From the NCBI GenBank assembly GCA_963810935.1, contig CAWEPK010000009.1, positions 192,001 to 256,000 of the forward strand: a stretch of DNA of 64,000 nucleotides, written 5' to 3'. The DNA is from an uncultured delta proteobacterium. GTDB taxonomy: Bacteria > Desulfobacterota > Syntrophorhabdia > Syntrophorhabdales > WCHB1-27. A program made the translations under genes and the position numbers. The notes beneath the pieces are model-generated. The model had not been told where the DNA came from. It searched no databases and saw only the letters and a program-made list of their open reading frames with translations. Shown one piece after another: positions 30,811 to 42,185 of the stretch (its first letter is position 1; each line of letters begins with the position of its first letter).

Positions 30811-32339
30811 TGGCCGCACACGTTGAGGCGCACATGGCGGCGGACGGGCCGGGATCGCACCGCAACCCGGCGGCGCCGTACCTCTGGACAGTCCTTCTCG
30901 TTGCGCTCATGACCGGCGTAGGCAAGCTGGTCGCCCCCTTTTTCGACATCGTCAACATCACGCTTCTGTACCTGCTGCCGGTGCTCTTCAGCGCAGTGCG
31001 CTGGGGGCGCGGCCCCTCCCTGTTCGCTTCTTTTTTAGGCGTGCTGACGTTCGATTTCTTTTTCGTGCCGCCTATCCACAGCTTTGCGGTGAGCGACATC
31101 AAGTATATCTTTACCTTCGCAGTCTTTCTCCTTGTCGGGGTAGTTACGGGCACGCTCGCGACGAGGATCCGCAACGAGCTGGAAAAAACGAGGCAAAGGG
31201 AGAAGAGGACGCTTGCTCTCTATGCGCTGAGCGAGCAGATAGCGAGCAAGGCGGACCTGGATGCAATCCTTACAACGTTCCTCGTGACCGTCTCGGAAGC
31301 AACGGGCGGTCCCGTCTCCGTTATGATGGCAGAGGACGGAGGCGCCATCCGGGAAGTCGCCTCCTATCCTGCGTCGTCCAATGAGAAAGACGAGAAGGAA
31401 ACGGCCGTAATCCATTGGGTGCTCGAACACGGCATGAGCGCGGGTAGGGACACGGAGACCCTGCGCGACGCAAGCCGGCTCATCTTTCCTGTAAAGGCGG
31501 ACAATAAGACGCTCGCCGCCTTATGCATCACGCCTGGTGAAGAGGATAAGGCCATCTCGCCGGAGAAGCGGCAGCTCATCGAGGCGTTTGCCAACCTTGC
31601 CGCAGTCGCTATTATCCGCCTGCGGCTGGCGGAAGAAGCGGGACAGGTGCACCGGCTGGCCGAATCGGCGAAGCTCCACAAGGCCCTTCTCGACTCCATC
31701 TCGCATGACATCCGGACACCTCTCGCCTCCATTACAGGTGCAGTCACGACGCTCATGGCCGAGGGCGGATCTTACGACACGGAATCCAAGGAGATACTCC
31801 TCGATACGATCAAGGCGGGCGCACTGCGCCTCAACAGGTTCGTTGCAAACCTGCTCGATACCGCGCGTCTTGAAAGCGGCACCCTCAAGCTGCGCTCCGA
31901 TTGGTGCGACGTGCAGGACATCGTGGGTGCGGCCCTGAGGGAGGTAAGCGAGGGCCTGGCCGGACGGTCCGTCCCCCTCGATATCTCCTGCGACCTGCCC
32001 CCGGTAAAGGCCGATTTCGCGCTTATCGAGCACGTCCTTATAAACCTCCTGGAGAACGCGGCCAAGTACAGCCCGCCGGGCAGTGAGATCGCACTCTCCG
32101 CCCGCTCAGCGGAAAAGGCAGTGCTGGTAAGCGTCACGGACCACGGCCCGGCCATCCCGACCCGGGAGAGGGAGCGCATTTTCGATAAGTTCTACCGCCT
32201 GGAACGGTCGAAGGGCGCGGGTGGCTCCGGGCTGGGCTTGTCGACGTGCAGAGGCATAGTCGAGGCCCACGGCGGCATGATCTGGGTCGATTCCCCCGAC
32301 AGCGAAACGAACCGCTTCACCTTTTCCCTGCCCCTTTAG
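30810..32339 (+). CDS. kdpD: KdpD C-terminal module: 4-TM (DUF4118) + GAF + histidine kinase
   Basis: FDFFFVPP..SF, SISHDIRTPL, NLLENAAKY, GSGLGL; lacks the N-terminal KdpD and Usp domains. Confidence 0.88.
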   Translation: MAAHVEAHMAADGPGSHRNPAAPYLWTVLLVALMTGVGKLVAPFFDIVNITLLYLLPVLFSAVRWGRGPSLFASFLGVLTFDFFFVPPIHSFAVSDIKYIFTFAVFLLVGVVTGTLATRIRNELEKTRQREKRTLALYALSEQIASKADLDAILTTFLVTVSEATGGPVSVMMAEDGGAIREVASYPASSNEKDEKETAVIHWVLEHGMSAGRDTETLRDASRLIFPVKADNKTLAALCITPGEEDKAISPEKRQLIEAFANLAAVAIIRLRLAEEAGQVHRLAESAKLHKALLDSISHDIRTPLASITGAVTTLMAEGGSYDTESKEILLDTIKAGALRLNRFVANLLDTARLESGTLKLRSDWCDVQDIVGAALREVSEGLAGRSVPLDISCDLPPVKADFALIEHVLINLLENAAKYSPPGSEIALSARSAEKAVLVSVTDHGPAIPTRERERIFDKFYRLERSKGAGGSGLGLSTCRGIVEAHGGMIWVDSPDSETNRFTFSLPL

Positions 32340-32373
32340 CCGCCTTCCGGGCGGCCCGGCATCAGTACCCGTC

Positions 32374-32411
32374 TTTATATTTTATTTATGCGGCCGTACG
32401 TTCTTTTTACA
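32374..32411 (+). promoter_or_regulatory. Putative KdpE-binding box upstream of kdpA
   Basis: TTTATA-TTTTA-TTTATG (32374-32390) resembles the E. coli TTTATA-N5-TTTACA site; a third half-site TTTACA at 32406. Confidence 0.6.
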
Positions 32412-32501
32412 ACCAATTAATGCGGAAAGCACTAAATTATACATAACAAAAACTGGCTGGTTGTCTGTCCCCAGGGTGGGGAACTCTACCGGAGGCCGAA
32501 A

Positions 32502-34199
32502 ATGGCGAAAGAGATATTCCTGATTGTTATATACCTAGCGGTCCTTGCACTGCTCGCCCCGCCCCTCGGCCGCTACATCGCGGCGGTGCTGAGCGGCAGG
32601 CGGAACGCCCTCTCGTGGCTAGTCCGCCCGGTCGAGGCGGCCGTTTACCGCGTCAGCGGCATAGACGAGAACAGGGAGATGTCCTGGAAGGCGTATTCCG
32701 TTGCCTTTCTTCTCTTCAGCGGCGTCAGCTTCGTTGCCCTCTTCCTTCTCCAGCTCCTCCAGGGGCACCTGCCGCTCAACCCCCGCAATTTCGGGGCCGT
32801 GCGCTGGGATACGGCCCTCAATACCGCCATTTCCTTTGTGACGAACACGAACTGGCAGGCCTACGGCGGCGAGAGCACGATGAGCTACCTGACCCAGATG
32901 CTTGGCCTGACCGTCCAGAACTTCGTCTCGGCCGCCGCCGGGATCGCGGTCCTGCTGCCGCTCATCAGGTGCTTCACCGCAAAAATGAAAGATACGGTCG
33001 GGAATTTCTGGGTCGATATGACCCGCTCGGTGCTCTACATACTGCTTCCTTTAAGCATCATACTTTCCCTCGTCCTTGCCTCTCAGGGCGCGGTGCAGAC
33101 GCTCGGCGATTACGTCAATGCTGCAACCCTTGAAGGCGGCCGGCAGGTCATCGCGGTCGGTCCTGCGGCGTCTCAGGTGGCGGTCAAGCAGCTCGGCTCC
33201 AACGGGGGCGGCTTCTTCAACGCCAATTCCGCGCACCCCTTCGAGAACCCCAACGACCTGACTAACTTCCTTGAGCTGCTCTCGATACTGCTGATCCCTG
33301 CCGCGCTGCCGCTTGCTATGGGCAGGATGCTCGGCAACAGGCGACAGGGCTGGGCCATCTTCGCCGCTATGGCGGTCCTTTTCACGATCGGCCTGGCCCT
33401 TGCCTTCGCCGCCGAATGGCAGACGAGCCCATTCCTCGCAAAGCTGGGCATTACAGGCAATATGGAAGGGAAAGAGGTCCGCTTCGGCATAGGCCAGTCG
33501 GTGCTCTGGGGCCAGTCGACCACGGTCACTTCCAACGGCTCCTTAAACGCCATGCAGGACAGCATGATGCCGCTCACCGGGCTCGTCTACATGTTCAACA
33601 TGGCTGTCGGCGAGGTGATTTTCGGCGGCGTCGGCGTCGGGCTGATCGGCATGGTTATGTATGCGATCCTCGCCCTTTTCCTCGCGGGCCTGATGGTCGG
33701 CCGCACGCCGGAATTCCTGGGAAAGAAGCTCGAATCGAGGGAGATGATAATGGCCGTTGTCGTCGTCGTGGCCCCCGCCATTGCGAGCCTCGTATTCGCA
33801 GGCATCGCGGTCGTTGCGCGTGCGGGCCTTTCGGGCTTGAACAACGCGGGGCCGCACGGCCTGTCAGAGATACTCTATACGTTTTTCTCGTCCTGCGGCA
33901 ACAACGGCTCGGCCTTCGCGGGGGTAAATGTGAACACGCCGTTCTATAACCTGACGACGGGCTTCTGCATGATCGTGGGGCGCTTCCTGACGATACTGCC
34001 CGCCCTCGCGGTCGCAGGCTCGCTCGCATCGAAGAAGATCATACCGCCGAGCTCGGCCACGTTCCCGACGGCCGGCCCGCTTTTCATATGCATGCTCGCG
34101 GCCGTAGTCGCCATTGTCGGCGCCCTTACGTTCTTTCCGGCCCTCGTGCTCGGGCCCATCCTCGACCACCTCCTGCTGATGTCGGGCAGGACCTTCTAA
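32502..34199 (+). CDS. kdpA: K+-transporting ATPase subunit A
   Basis: [42 protein letters not shown]. Confidence 0.97.
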   Translation: MAKEIFLIVIYLAVLALLAPPLGRYIAAVLSGRRNALSWLVRPVEAAVYRVSGIDENREMSWKAYSVAFLLFSGVSFVALFLLQLLQGHLPLNPRNFGAVRWDTALNTAISFVTNTNWQAYGGESTMSYLTQMLGLTVQNFVSAAAGIAVLLPLIRCFTAKMKDTVGNFWVDMTRSVLYILLPLSIILSLVLASQGAVQTLGDYVNAATLEGGRQVIAVGPAASQVAVKQLGSNGGGFFNANSAHPFENPNDLTNFLELLSILLIPAALPLAMGRMLGNRRQGWAIFAAMAVLFTIGLALAFAAEWQTSPFLAKLGITGNMEGKEVRFGIGQSVLWGQSTTVTSNGSLNAMQDSMMPLTGLVYMFNMAVGEVIFGGVGVGLIGMVMYAILALFLAGLMVGRTPEFLGKKLESREMIMAVVVVVAPAIASLVFAGIAVVARAGLSGLNNAGPHGLSEILYTFFSSCGNNGSAFAGVNVNTPFYNLTTGFCMIVGRFLTILPALAVAGSLASKKIIPPSSATFPTAGPLFICMLAAVVAIVGALTFFPALVLGPILDHLLLMSGRTF

Positions 34200-34210
34200 G
34201 GAGGCCGGAC

Positions 34211-36247
34211 ATGGAAGAAAAACCGATCAGCATCTGGCAGACGAAGTTAATCAAATCGGCTATAGCAGGCGCGTTCAGGCGGCTCGACCCCCTGCTCCTC
34301 TGGCGCAACCCGGTCATGCTCGTCGTAGAGATCGTCTCCGTTGTAACAACGGTCATAGCGATAGGCAACCTTTTTTACGGCGGCCCTTTCGGGCTCAACC
34401 TGCAGATCAGCATCTGGCTCTGGTTCACCGTGCTTTTCGCCACCTTCGCGGAGGCCCTTGCGGAAGGCAGGGGCAAGGCGCAGGCGGAGACACTGCGTAA
34501 GGCGCAGACAGAGGCATACGCCTATAAACTGGTGGACGGGGACAGGACCGAGAAGGTGCCCGCCCTATCGCTGCGGAAGGACGACATAGTGGTCATGGAA
34601 GACGGCGACCCTGTCCCCGGCGACGGCGAGATCATCGAGGGGGTGGCCCTCGTCGATGAATCGGCCGTAACGGGGGAGTCGGCCCCGGTCATACGGGAGG
34701 CCAAAGGCGACCGCAGCGCGGTCACCGGGGGCACCCGCGTCCTTTCCGGCAAGGTCAAGGTAATGATCACGGCGAACCCCGGCGAGACCTTCCTCGATCA
34801 TATGATCTCGATGGTGGAGAGCGCGAAACGGCAGAAGACACCCAACGAAGTCGCGCTGGAGATCCTGCTCGTCGGGCTGACCGTCCTCTTCATCGTGGTC
34901 GTCGCCACGCTATCGCCTTTCGCAATGTACAGCGGCGTTGCCATCGCAGTGCCCGTGCTCGTTGCCCTGCTCGTCTGCCTCATACCGACGACCATCGGCG
35001 GCCTCCTGCCCGCCATAGGGATCGCAGGCATGGACCGGCTGATAAGGCACAACGTCATAGCCCTCTCCGGCCGCGCGGTCGAGGCGGCGGGCGACGTAGA
35101 CGTCGTGCTCCTCGACAAGACGGGGACCATCACCCTGGGCAACCGCATGGCGACCGATTTCATACCTGCCGACGGGGTAGCCAGGGATGAGCTTGCGGAG
35201 GCAGCCCTCCTCTCGTCGCTGGCCGACGAGACGCCGGAAGGGCGCTCTATCGTGGCCCTCGCCAAGCACTTCCTCTCGATACGCGGCCGGGACATCAAGA
35301 CGCCGGACGCCTCGTGCTTCATACCATTTACCGCGGAGCTGCGCATGAGCGGCGTCTCCCTCGAAGGGCGCGAGATACGAAAAGGGGCCACGGACGCAGT
35401 CGCCGCTTACGTGAAATCCAAGGGCGGCACGATCCCGGAGAGCATCGACCAGGCGGCCCAGGTCGTCGGAAGGGAAGGCGGGACGCCCCTCGTTGTGGCC
35501 GATTCGTCGCGCGCCCTAGGCGTCATCCAGTTGAAGGACGTGCTGAAGGAGGGCATCAAGGAGAGGCTGAACCAACTGCGCCTCATGGGCATCCGCTCGA
35601 CGATGATAACGGGAGACAACCCGCTCACCGCAGCGGCCATCGCCGCTGAGGCAGGCATCGATGATTTCGTCGCCCAGGCGAAACCCGAAGAAAAGCTGCG
35701 GCTCATCCGCAAGTACCAGGCGGAAGGCCACCTGGTGGCGATGATCGGAGACGGGACAAACGACGCGCCCGCGCTGGCGCAGGCCGACGTTGCGGTCGCA
35801 ATGAACGCGGGCACCCAGGCGTCGCGTGAGGCGGCCAATATGGTGGACCTCGATTCGAACCCGACCAAGCTCCTCGATATAGTCGAGATCGGCAAGCAGA
35901 TACTCATGACAAGGGGGGCGCTGACTACTTTCAGCGTGTCGAACGACGTGGCCAAGTACTTTGCCATTATCCCGGCCATTTTCGTGCAGGTCTTTCCCGC
36001 TCTGGCTATCCTGAACGTGATGCGCCTCAGTACGCCGGAGAGCGCCATCCTTTCGGCGATCATATTCAACGCGATTATCATACCCCTTCTGATACCGCTG
36101 GCGCTGAAAGGGATCAAGTACCGGCCGATCACGGCAAAGGCGCTCCTCTGGCGGAACCTGTTTATTTACGGCCTCGGAGGCGTGGTCCTGCCTTTCATCG
36201 GCATCAAACTGATCGACTTGGCCGTTGTTTTCCTGCATTCGGTATAA
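34211..36247 (+). CDS. kdpB: K+-transporting ATPase subunit B
   Basis: [28 protein letters not shown] 34211 after AGGAGG. Confidence 0.97.
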   Translation: MEEKPISIWQTKLIKSAIAGAFRRLDPLLLWRNPVMLVVEIVSVVTTVIAIGNLFYGGPFGLNLQISIWLWFTVLFATFAEALAEGRGKAQAETLRKAQTEAYAYKLVDGDRTEKVPALSLRKDDIVVMEDGDPVPGDGEIIEGVALVDESAVTGESAPVIREAKGDRSAVTGGTRVLSGKVKVMITANPGETFLDHMISMVESAKRQKTPNEVALEILLVGLTVLFIVVVATLSPFAMYSGVAIAVPVLVALLVCLIPTTIGGLLPAIGIAGMDRLIRHNVIALSGRAVEAAGDVDVVLLDKTGTITLGNRMATDFIPADGVARDELAEAALLSSLADETPEGRSIVALAKHFLSIRGRDIKTPDASCFIPFTAELRMSGVSLEGREIRKGATDAVAAYVKSKGGTIPESIDQAAQVVGREGGTPLVVADSSRALGVIQLKDVLKEGIKERLNQLRLMGIRSTMITGDNPLTAAAIAAEAGIDDFVAQAKPEEKLRLIRKYQAEGHLVAMIGDGTNDAPALAQADVAVAMNAGTQASREAANMVDLDSNPTKLLDIVEIGKQILMTRGALTTFSVSNDVAKYFAIIPAIFVQVFPALAILNVMRLSTPESAILSAIIFNAIIIPLLIPLALKGIKYRPITAKALLWRNLFIYGLGGVVLPFIGIKLIDLAVVFLHSV

Positions 36248-36257
36248 GGAGGGGCGC

Positions 36258-37259
36258 ATGAAGGAACTTATCCGGGCCATTCTCATCTTTGTCGTATTCT
36301 CGGTAATCACGGGCCTCGCCTACCCACTGGGCATCACGGGCGCGGCCAGGCTCTTTTTTGCAGACAAGGCCGCAGGCAGCCTGATTACGGACAAGGGGCG
36401 CGTAGTCGGGTCCGCGCTCATCGGGCAGAAATTCGCGAGCGCCCGTTATTTCAACAGCCGGCCTTCGGCAAACGATTATGACGCGACGAACTCAGGCGGC
36501 TCCAATTTCGGGCCTGCCAGCGCAAAACACTTAAAGGAAGTGGCTGCGAGGGTGAAAAAGGAGCGCGATGATAACGGCATTGCCCCCGGCGCAGCCGTAC
36601 CTGCCGACCTGGTGCTCGCCTCGGCAAGCGGGCTCGACCCGCACATCACGATTGAAGCGGCCCTTGTCCAGGTGTCGAGGGTCGCCGCCAGCCGGGGCCT
36701 TGTGCCGGAAGACCTGAAGGCGCTCGTAGAATCTGCGGCAGAGGGGACATATGTGGGCGGGCAGCGCAGGGTCAACGTAGTCCGGCTGAACATGGCGACC
36801 GACAGGCTCCAGGAGGCAGCAAAAACGCTGATGCAGGACAAAGAGGCTATTTTCGACTACCTGGCTTCGAGGATCATCGGTACGGACGATTACAATTTCA
36901 GGCACTACCTCAAAGAGTGCGTTGGGCGCCTGCCTCTCGAAGACCTACGCGCCGTGGCCTACGAAAGGAACGTGCATATCCTTGTGACTGCGGGAAACGC
37001 CGTCATCGGCCTCGACCGGGTCCTTTACGACCAGGGCAAGGGCGACATGGTGCTCGTCGTCTTCACGTCGAATTTCAGCAAGATGCCTGCCCACGAGATA
37101 GTCTACATCATAGCCCACGAGTTGGCCCACGTATTCTTAGGGCATTACGACAGTAAGAAGTGGAGGGGCAAGCACGGCGAGGCGGAGGCGGACCGGCAGG
37201 TAATTAAATGGGGCCTGGAGAGGGAATTAAAGGAATCGGCCTCGGCTTATCTTCACTAG
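36258..37259 (+). CDS. kdpC: KdpC fused in frame to a C-terminal HEXXH metallopeptidase-like domain
   Basis: GSALIGQKF, SGGSN, SASGLDPHI, VNVVRLN, then about 140 extra aa with IIAHELAH and EAEAD. Confidence 0.88.
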   Translation: MKELIRAILIFVVFSVITGLAYPLGITGAARLFFADKAAGSLITDKGRVVGSALIGQKFASARYFNSRPSANDYDATNSGGSNFGPASAKHLKEVAARVKKERDDNGIAPGAAVPADLVLASASGLDPHITIEAALVQVSRVAASRGLVPEDLKALVESAAEGTYVGGQRRVNVVRLNMATDRLQEAAKTLMQDKEAIFDYLASRIIGTDDYNFRHYLKECVGRLPLEDLRAVAYERNVHILVTAGNAVIGLDRVLYDQGKGDMVLVVFTSNFSKMPAHEIVYIIAHELAHVFLGHYDSKKWRGKHGEAEADRQVIKWGLERELKESASAYLH

Positions 37260-37276
37260 CACGCCAATTCATCACA

Positions 37277-39313
37277 TCACGCATTGACCCATCGAAACGC
37301 TCCCAGCGCCGACAAGCTCGCGATCGCGCCGAGCATACGCCGCTGGTCGAGAAGCAGGTTCTTGTACTCGTAGCGCACCCCGATGAGGCCCACGACCGCG
37401 TCCTCGGACTTCATGGGCAGAAAGAACGCCTTCGCATTCGCCAGCGTCTCGGTGCCGGCGCCGGCCGCTTTCCCATTTATCATCGCCCACTGGGCCACGG
37501 TCATCTCGTGCGGGTCGAGGTCCGGCCCGTCTCCGGTCCTGGCCCAAACGCGGAGCCTGCCGTCCGGTCCGGGGAAGAGAATAAACGCGGGGGCATCTAT
37601 CACCCTCGCGACGTATTTTATGATGATGTGGCTCACGTCGTCGAGCACGGTCGTCCGGAGCAGGGAAAGGACGTTCTTCCATTCCTCGCCGTACGGCGTA
37701 AGTCCGCCTATCAATTGCTCCACGGGCGGGAGCATCAGGAATTCCTTGCTCATCTGCTCTATCAGCCTGACGCGCTCCAGGCGGAGGTTGAGTGTGAAGG
37801 TCTGCCGTTTCGTAACCTTGACGAGCTGCCCGACGACCAGAGCCGTCAAGAGGAAGACAATTGCGCTGACTACGTCATGGGCGTGGTACATACTGAAACT
37901 GTAGCGCGGCTCGGTAAACAGGAAATCGAAGGCGACGAGGCCCACGACGGAGGCGAAGATCGACGGGCCGGTGCCGAACCGGAGGGCCGCAAAAATAGTG
38001 GCGATGAGGTAGATAAATACCAGGGCGACCGGCTCGGTGATGCGCACCAGGCCGAAGTTTGCAAGCGTCAGGACGGCGACCATGCCTAAACTGCTAACGT
38101 AGTCCATCGTCTTGACGGTCATCTTTCTCGGGCGTGCAGCGGCCGTCTCTTCCTTCTCCTTCACGGGGCTGACAAGGTGCAGCTCGAACTGCGCCGGCGC
38201 GTGGAGCAGCTTTTGCACGGGCGACCCCTTGAAAAATTCCCGAAGCGTGGAGCCGAGAGGCTTACCCACGACTACCCTCGTGATATTGTTCTCCCTTGCG
38301 AACTTCAATATCTCGGCTGCCACGTCGCTTCCGAGAAGGGTCATGACCTTCGCCCCCAACTCTTCCGCCACGTTAAGCGCTTCCGACAGGTAGAGCTTTT
38401 CCTTATCGGTAAGCTCCGTCAGCGAGTTGGAGGAGACGTAGACCGCGTACCATTCGGCGTTGGCGTCCTTTGCTATCGTATATGCCTTCCTGAGAAGCTG
38501 CACTGCGTAGGGGCTAGCGCCGATGCAGGCCATCACCCGCTCGCCCGCCGGCCACGGGCCGGCAATGGCCTTCGCCCTCATGTAGTTGAGGAGCTCCGTG
38601 CCCATCTTCCTGGCCACGAGGGTGAGCGTAAGCTCGCGCAACGCCACGAGGTTTCCGCGCTGGAAAAAATTATCCATGGCCCGCCGCGCCCGCTCGGGCA
38701 CGTATACCTTGCCCTCCTTAAGGCGCTGGGTAAGCTCTTCGAGGGGTATATCGATCACCTGGACCTCATCGGCCCGGTCGAGTATCGTATCGGGCACGCT
38801 CTCCTGTACGCGGACGCCGGTGATCTGCGCCACCACGTCGACCTGGCTCTCGAAATGCTGGATGTTTACGGCAGTATAGACGTCCAGTCCGCTCTCTAAT
38901 AGCTCTTCCACGTCCTGGTATCGCTTCGGGTGCCTGCTTCCGGGGGCGTTCGTATGGGCCAGCTCGTCCACGAGCACCACCGCGGGCTTCCTGCGCAGCG
39001 TGGCGTCTGAGTTGAATTCTTTCAGCATTATCCCGCCGTACGGGACATCCCGCAGCGGGACCATTTCAAGCCCTGCGACGAGCGCGTCCGTCTCGGCCCT
39101 GCCGTGCGTCTCGACGATGCCGACCACGACGTCCTCCCCCCTGTTCCTGAGGACGTGCGCCTCCTGGAGCATCGTATATGTCTTGCCGACACCGGGCGCG
39201 TAGCCGAGAAATATCTTAAGCCTGCCCCTTTTGGCCTCCTCGCGGTTCACCTCCGCAAGCAAAGCATCAGGGTCCGGCCGCCCGTCCTTGCCTGTCTCCG
39301 TCCGCTCTTTCAT
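37277..39313 (-). CDS. kdpD: KdpD N-terminal module: KdpD domain + Usp + 4-TM + GAF, no kinase
   Basis: GYAPGVGKTY, DELAHTN, KRYQDV, NIQHFES, Usp, FDFLFTEPRYSF; ends after GAF without an H-box. Confidence 0.9.
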   Translation of the reverse strand: MKERTETGKDGRPDPDALLAEVNREEAKRGRLKIFLGYAPGVGKTYTMLQEAHVLRNRGEDVVVGIVETHGRAETDALVAGLEMVPLRDVPYGGIMLKEFNSDATLRRKPAVVLVDELAHTNAPGSRHPKRYQDVEELLESGLDVYTAVNIQHFESQVDVVAQITGVRVQESVPDTILDRADEVQVIDIPLEELTQRLKEGKVYVPERARRAMDNFFQRGNLVALRELTLTLVARKMGTELLNYMRAKAIAGPWPAGERVMACIGASPYAVQLLRKAYTIAKDANAEWYAVYVSSNSLTELTDKEKLYLSEALNVAEELGAKVMTLLGSDVAAEILKFARENNITRVVVGKPLGSTLREFFKGSPVQKLLHAPAQFELHLVSPVKEKEETAAARPRKMTVKTMDYVSSLGMVAVLTLANFGLVRITEPVALVFIYLIATIFAALRFGTGPSIFASVVGLVAFDFLFTEPRYSFSMYHAHDVVSAIVFLLTALVVGQLVKVTKRQTFTLNLRLERVRLIEQMSKEFLMLPPVEQLIGGLTPYGEEWKNVLSLLRTTVLDDVSHIIIKYVARVIDAPAFILFPGPDGRLRVWARTGDGPDLDPHEMTVAQWAMINGKAAGAGTETLANAKAFFLPMKSEDAVVGLIGVRYEYKNLLLDQRRMLGAIASLSALGAFRWVNA

Positions 39314-39541
39314 AGGTACATTGCCTCGTACGTATTATACGACATTTCTTTTTGCGACTAGCACAATAAAGAAGCTAAACCAGTGCCTTGGACGCGTCGG
39401 TGCATGACCTCGCTGCACCCCATCCGGCGGACCGACGTATTGTTCTTCAGGCGGTCGCCCGCCCTCACCCTGTATGGAAGTTGACGTTTAGGGGCTATCA
39501 GGGTAATATTGTATGAGACAAATCTCACACTTGGAGTCATC

Positions 39542-40828
39542 ATGAGTAAGTTCGCAACATTTGGCCTCCTCGCAGCCCTGGCGGTAACCATTGCGCTTTT
39601 CGCGCCTCCGGCTGACGCGAAGGTCTATCTCGATGTATACGGCCAGTCGTACAAGAAGATTACGATAGCGGTGCCGCCTTTTGCGGCGGAGGGGCAGCCC
39701 AGGCCCGACGTGAGCGAGCTTCTGGCCCACGACCTCGACCTGTCCGGCTTCTTCGTCGTCGCGTCCCGCTCTCTTATCAGCGCCGATCTGGCCGCGGAAA
39801 GCGTTGACAAAAGGAGCATAAGGTTCGACCAGTGGCGGTCCCTGGGCGTGGAGCTTCTTTGCAAGGCCGTGATCCAGGAGAAAGATAACGGCTTCTCCGT
39901 CGAGGCGTACTTATACGACGCGAGCGACGGAACGCTCCTTTTCGCGAAAAAGTACCGGGCGGCGCCGCAAGAATGGAGGCGGATCGTCCACAGGCTCGCC
40001 GACGAGATAATACTGACAGTCACGGGCGAGAAAGGCATCATGGGCTCCAGGGTGCTTTTTGTCTCCGGGGACAGGCGCCACCGCGACGTCTGCGTGGCGG
40101 ACCTCGACGGCTACGGGGTCAGGAAGTTGACCAACCAGAACCAGATCATCGTCTCCCCGTCCGTCTCGCCGGACGGAAGGTACCTGGCCTATACGTCGTA
40201 CAGGGAAGGAAGGCCAAACCTTTACGTAGTCGATTACGCGACGGGCAGGGAAGTCTACACGGACAAGCAGGAGGGGACGAAGGTCGGGGCGACCTGGATG
40301 AATGCAAAAACCCTGGCATACGCCCACATCATCGGAAAGGTATCGACCATCTACGCAGCCAACGTCGAGACGAAGGAGCGAAAGGTGCTCCTTAAGAAAG
40401 ACGGCATCCTTACCTCACCCACCTTCAGCCCGGACGGGTCAAAGATGGCTTTCGTCTCCGATATGCACGGCGGCCCGAACATCTTTATCATGGACATTGC
40501 GACGGGCGATACGAAGCGCATCTCCTTTTTCGGCAACTATAACACCTCGCCGGCTTTTTCACCGAAAGGCGACCTGATCGCTTTCGTCTCGAAGACCGAG
40601 GGGGCCCTGGAGATATGCGTCATGAGGCCGGACGGGTCGAACGCGCGGGTGCTCAGCGACGGCGGCGTCAACGATTCGCCCCAGTTCTCGCCCTGCGGCA
40701 GGTATATCCTCTATTCTTCTCAGAAAGGTAAAAAGTATTCCATCGGCATGATGCTCCACAACGGCGAGAACAAGAGGGAGCTGAAATTCACGAACGCCGA
40801 AGATACACAGCCTAAATTCATGCCTTAA
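39542..40828 (+). CDS. tolB: Tol-Pal beta-propeller protein TolB
   Basis: Signal peptide, TolB_N (HRLADEII...TG..G), PD40 repeats (SPDG); precedes pal. Confidence 0.92.
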   Translation: MSKFATFGLLAALAVTIALFAPPADAKVYLDVYGQSYKKITIAVPPFAAEGQPRPDVSELLAHDLDLSGFFVVASRSLISADLAAESVDKRSIRFDQWRSLGVELLCKAVIQEKDNGFSVEAYLYDASDGTLLFAKKYRAAPQEWRRIVHRLADEIILTVTGEKGIMGSRVLFVSGDRRHRDVCVADLDGYGVRKLTNQNQIIVSPSVSPDGRYLAYTSYREGRPNLYVVDYATGREVYTDKQEGTKVGATWMNAKTLAYAHIIGKVSTIYAANVETKERKVLLKKDGILTSPTFSPDGSKMAFVSDMHGGPNIFIMDIATGDTKRISFFGNYNTSPAFSPKGDLIAFVSKTEGALEICVMRPDGSNARVLSDGGVNDSPQFSPCGRYILYSSQKGKKYSIGMMLHNGENKRELKFTNAEDTQPKFMP

Positions 40829-40841
40829 AAGGAGGGTCAGG

Positions 40842-41411
40842 ATGAAAAAGAGTCTGTTCCCACTAATGTTAGCAGCAACTATCCTGCTCTTTTATGGATG
40901 CTCATCGAATAAGCCTTATACTCCCATCGCGGAGCGGGCGGGGGGCCAGCAGCAGGCAGTCGAGCAGCCGTCCGGCGCAACCGCGGGCGAAAATCAGGGC
41001 GGGATAAGCGAAGAAGAGCTTGCGCGCGCGGAAAGGGAAAGGCAGAGGCTGGCCTCGGAAAGGATGGCTGCCGCGGCCTCGCACCTTCCGGACATCTATT
41101 TCGACTTCGACAGCTACATCATCCGCAACCAGGACATGCCTACGTTGAAGGAAATGGCCGATTGGCTGGCGAAGAACCAGGGAGTCAAGGTAGTGGTAGA
41201 GGGCTATTGCGATGAGAGGGGTACTACCGAGTACAACCTTGCCCTCGGGCAGAAGAGGGCCGAGGCCGCGAAAGATTACCTCGTCAGGTCGGGAGTCCCC
41301 GCGAACAGGGTAAGGGCCACCTCATACGGCAAGGAGGCCCCCGTAGATCAGGACCACACTGAAGAAGCCTGGGCAAAAAACAGGCGCGACCATTTCACAA
41401 CACAACAATAA
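40842..41411 (+). CDS. pal: Peptidoglycan-associated lipoprotein Pal
   Basis: Lipobox YGC; IYFDFD, EGYCDERGT.EYNLALG, SYGKE, NRR. Confidence 0.95.
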   Translation: MKKSLFPLMLAATILLFYGCSSNKPYTPIAERAGGQQQAVEQPSGATAGENQGGISEEELARAERERQRLASERMAAAASHLPDIYFDFDSYIIRNQDMPTLKEMADWLAKNQGVKVVVEGYCDERGTTEYNLALGQKRAEAAKDYLVRSGVPANRVRATSYGKEAPVDQDHTEEAWAKNRRDHFTTQQ

Positions 41412-41423
41412 GGAGGGGTCCAG

Positions 41424-42185
41424 ATGAGATTCTTTCCAATTCTTTTGATCGCCCTTCTCGTAGCGGGCTGCGCTTCATCGGGAGAGGTGAGTCAGGTAAG
41501 GCAGGACGTAACTTCGGTTTACAGCGAGCAGACAAGCTATATCCAGAAGACGGACAACCGCCTTACCCGTCTCGAGAAGGAGATGAAAGACCTGGAGAAA
41601 ACCATCGGCACCCCGGAATCCGGCATGAGGAAACAGGTGATCGACCTGTCCGTAGCCGGAGACAACAGGGACGAGAAGATCAGGACGATCCTCGGCAGGC
41701 TCGACGAACTGGAATCGCAGTTGCGCGCGTACTGGGAAGAGGTGAAGGGAGAGCTGAGGGAGATGAGGAAGGGTCGCCAGGGGGCAAGCGCGGCCCCGAC
41801 CGCGGCGACGCCTGAAGACCTTTACAAGCAGGCCTTCGACAGCTTCCAGAAGGGGGCATACAAGGAAGCGGTGGCCCAGTTTACGGAATTCGTGCAGAAA
41901 TCCCCCGACTCACCCCTTGCCCAGAACGCCTATTACTGGATGGGCGAGAGCTACATGAACATGAAGGCGTATGAGAAGGCGATTGTCCAGTTCCAGGAAG
42001 TAATCGACAAATACCCGAAGAGCGATAAAGCGGCCAGGGCCATGATCAGGCAGGCTGAAGGCTTTGCCGCAATAGGCGATAAAAAAAGCTCCTCGACCAT
42101 CCTGAAGAAGGTCGAGGAGCTTTTCCCGAAGACTGAAGAAGCCCGCCTCGCGGACCGGATGTTAAGGGGCGGCGCCCTCGACTAG
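41424..42185 (+). CDS. cpoB: Tol-Pal protein CpoB/YbgF
   Basis: Lipobox AGC, coiled coil, TPRs ([15 protein letters not shown]); follows pal. Confidence 0.9.
   Translation: MRFFPILLIALLVAGCASSGEVSQVRQDVTSVYSEQTSYIQKTDNRLTRLEKEMKDLEKTIGTPESGMRKQVIDLSVAGDNRDEKIRTILGRLDELESQLRAYWEEVKGELREMRKGRQGASAAPTAATPEDLYKQAFDSFQKGAYKEAVAQFTEFVQKSPDSPLAQNAYYWMGESYMNMKAYEKAIVQFQEVIDKYPKSDKAARAMIRQAEGFAAIGDKKSSSTILKKVEELFPKTEEARLADRMLRGGALD

Noticed and set aside
32340..32501. kdpF upstream of kdpA
   Set aside because: No hydrophobic ~30-aa ORF found; the region holds the KdpE box and promoter.
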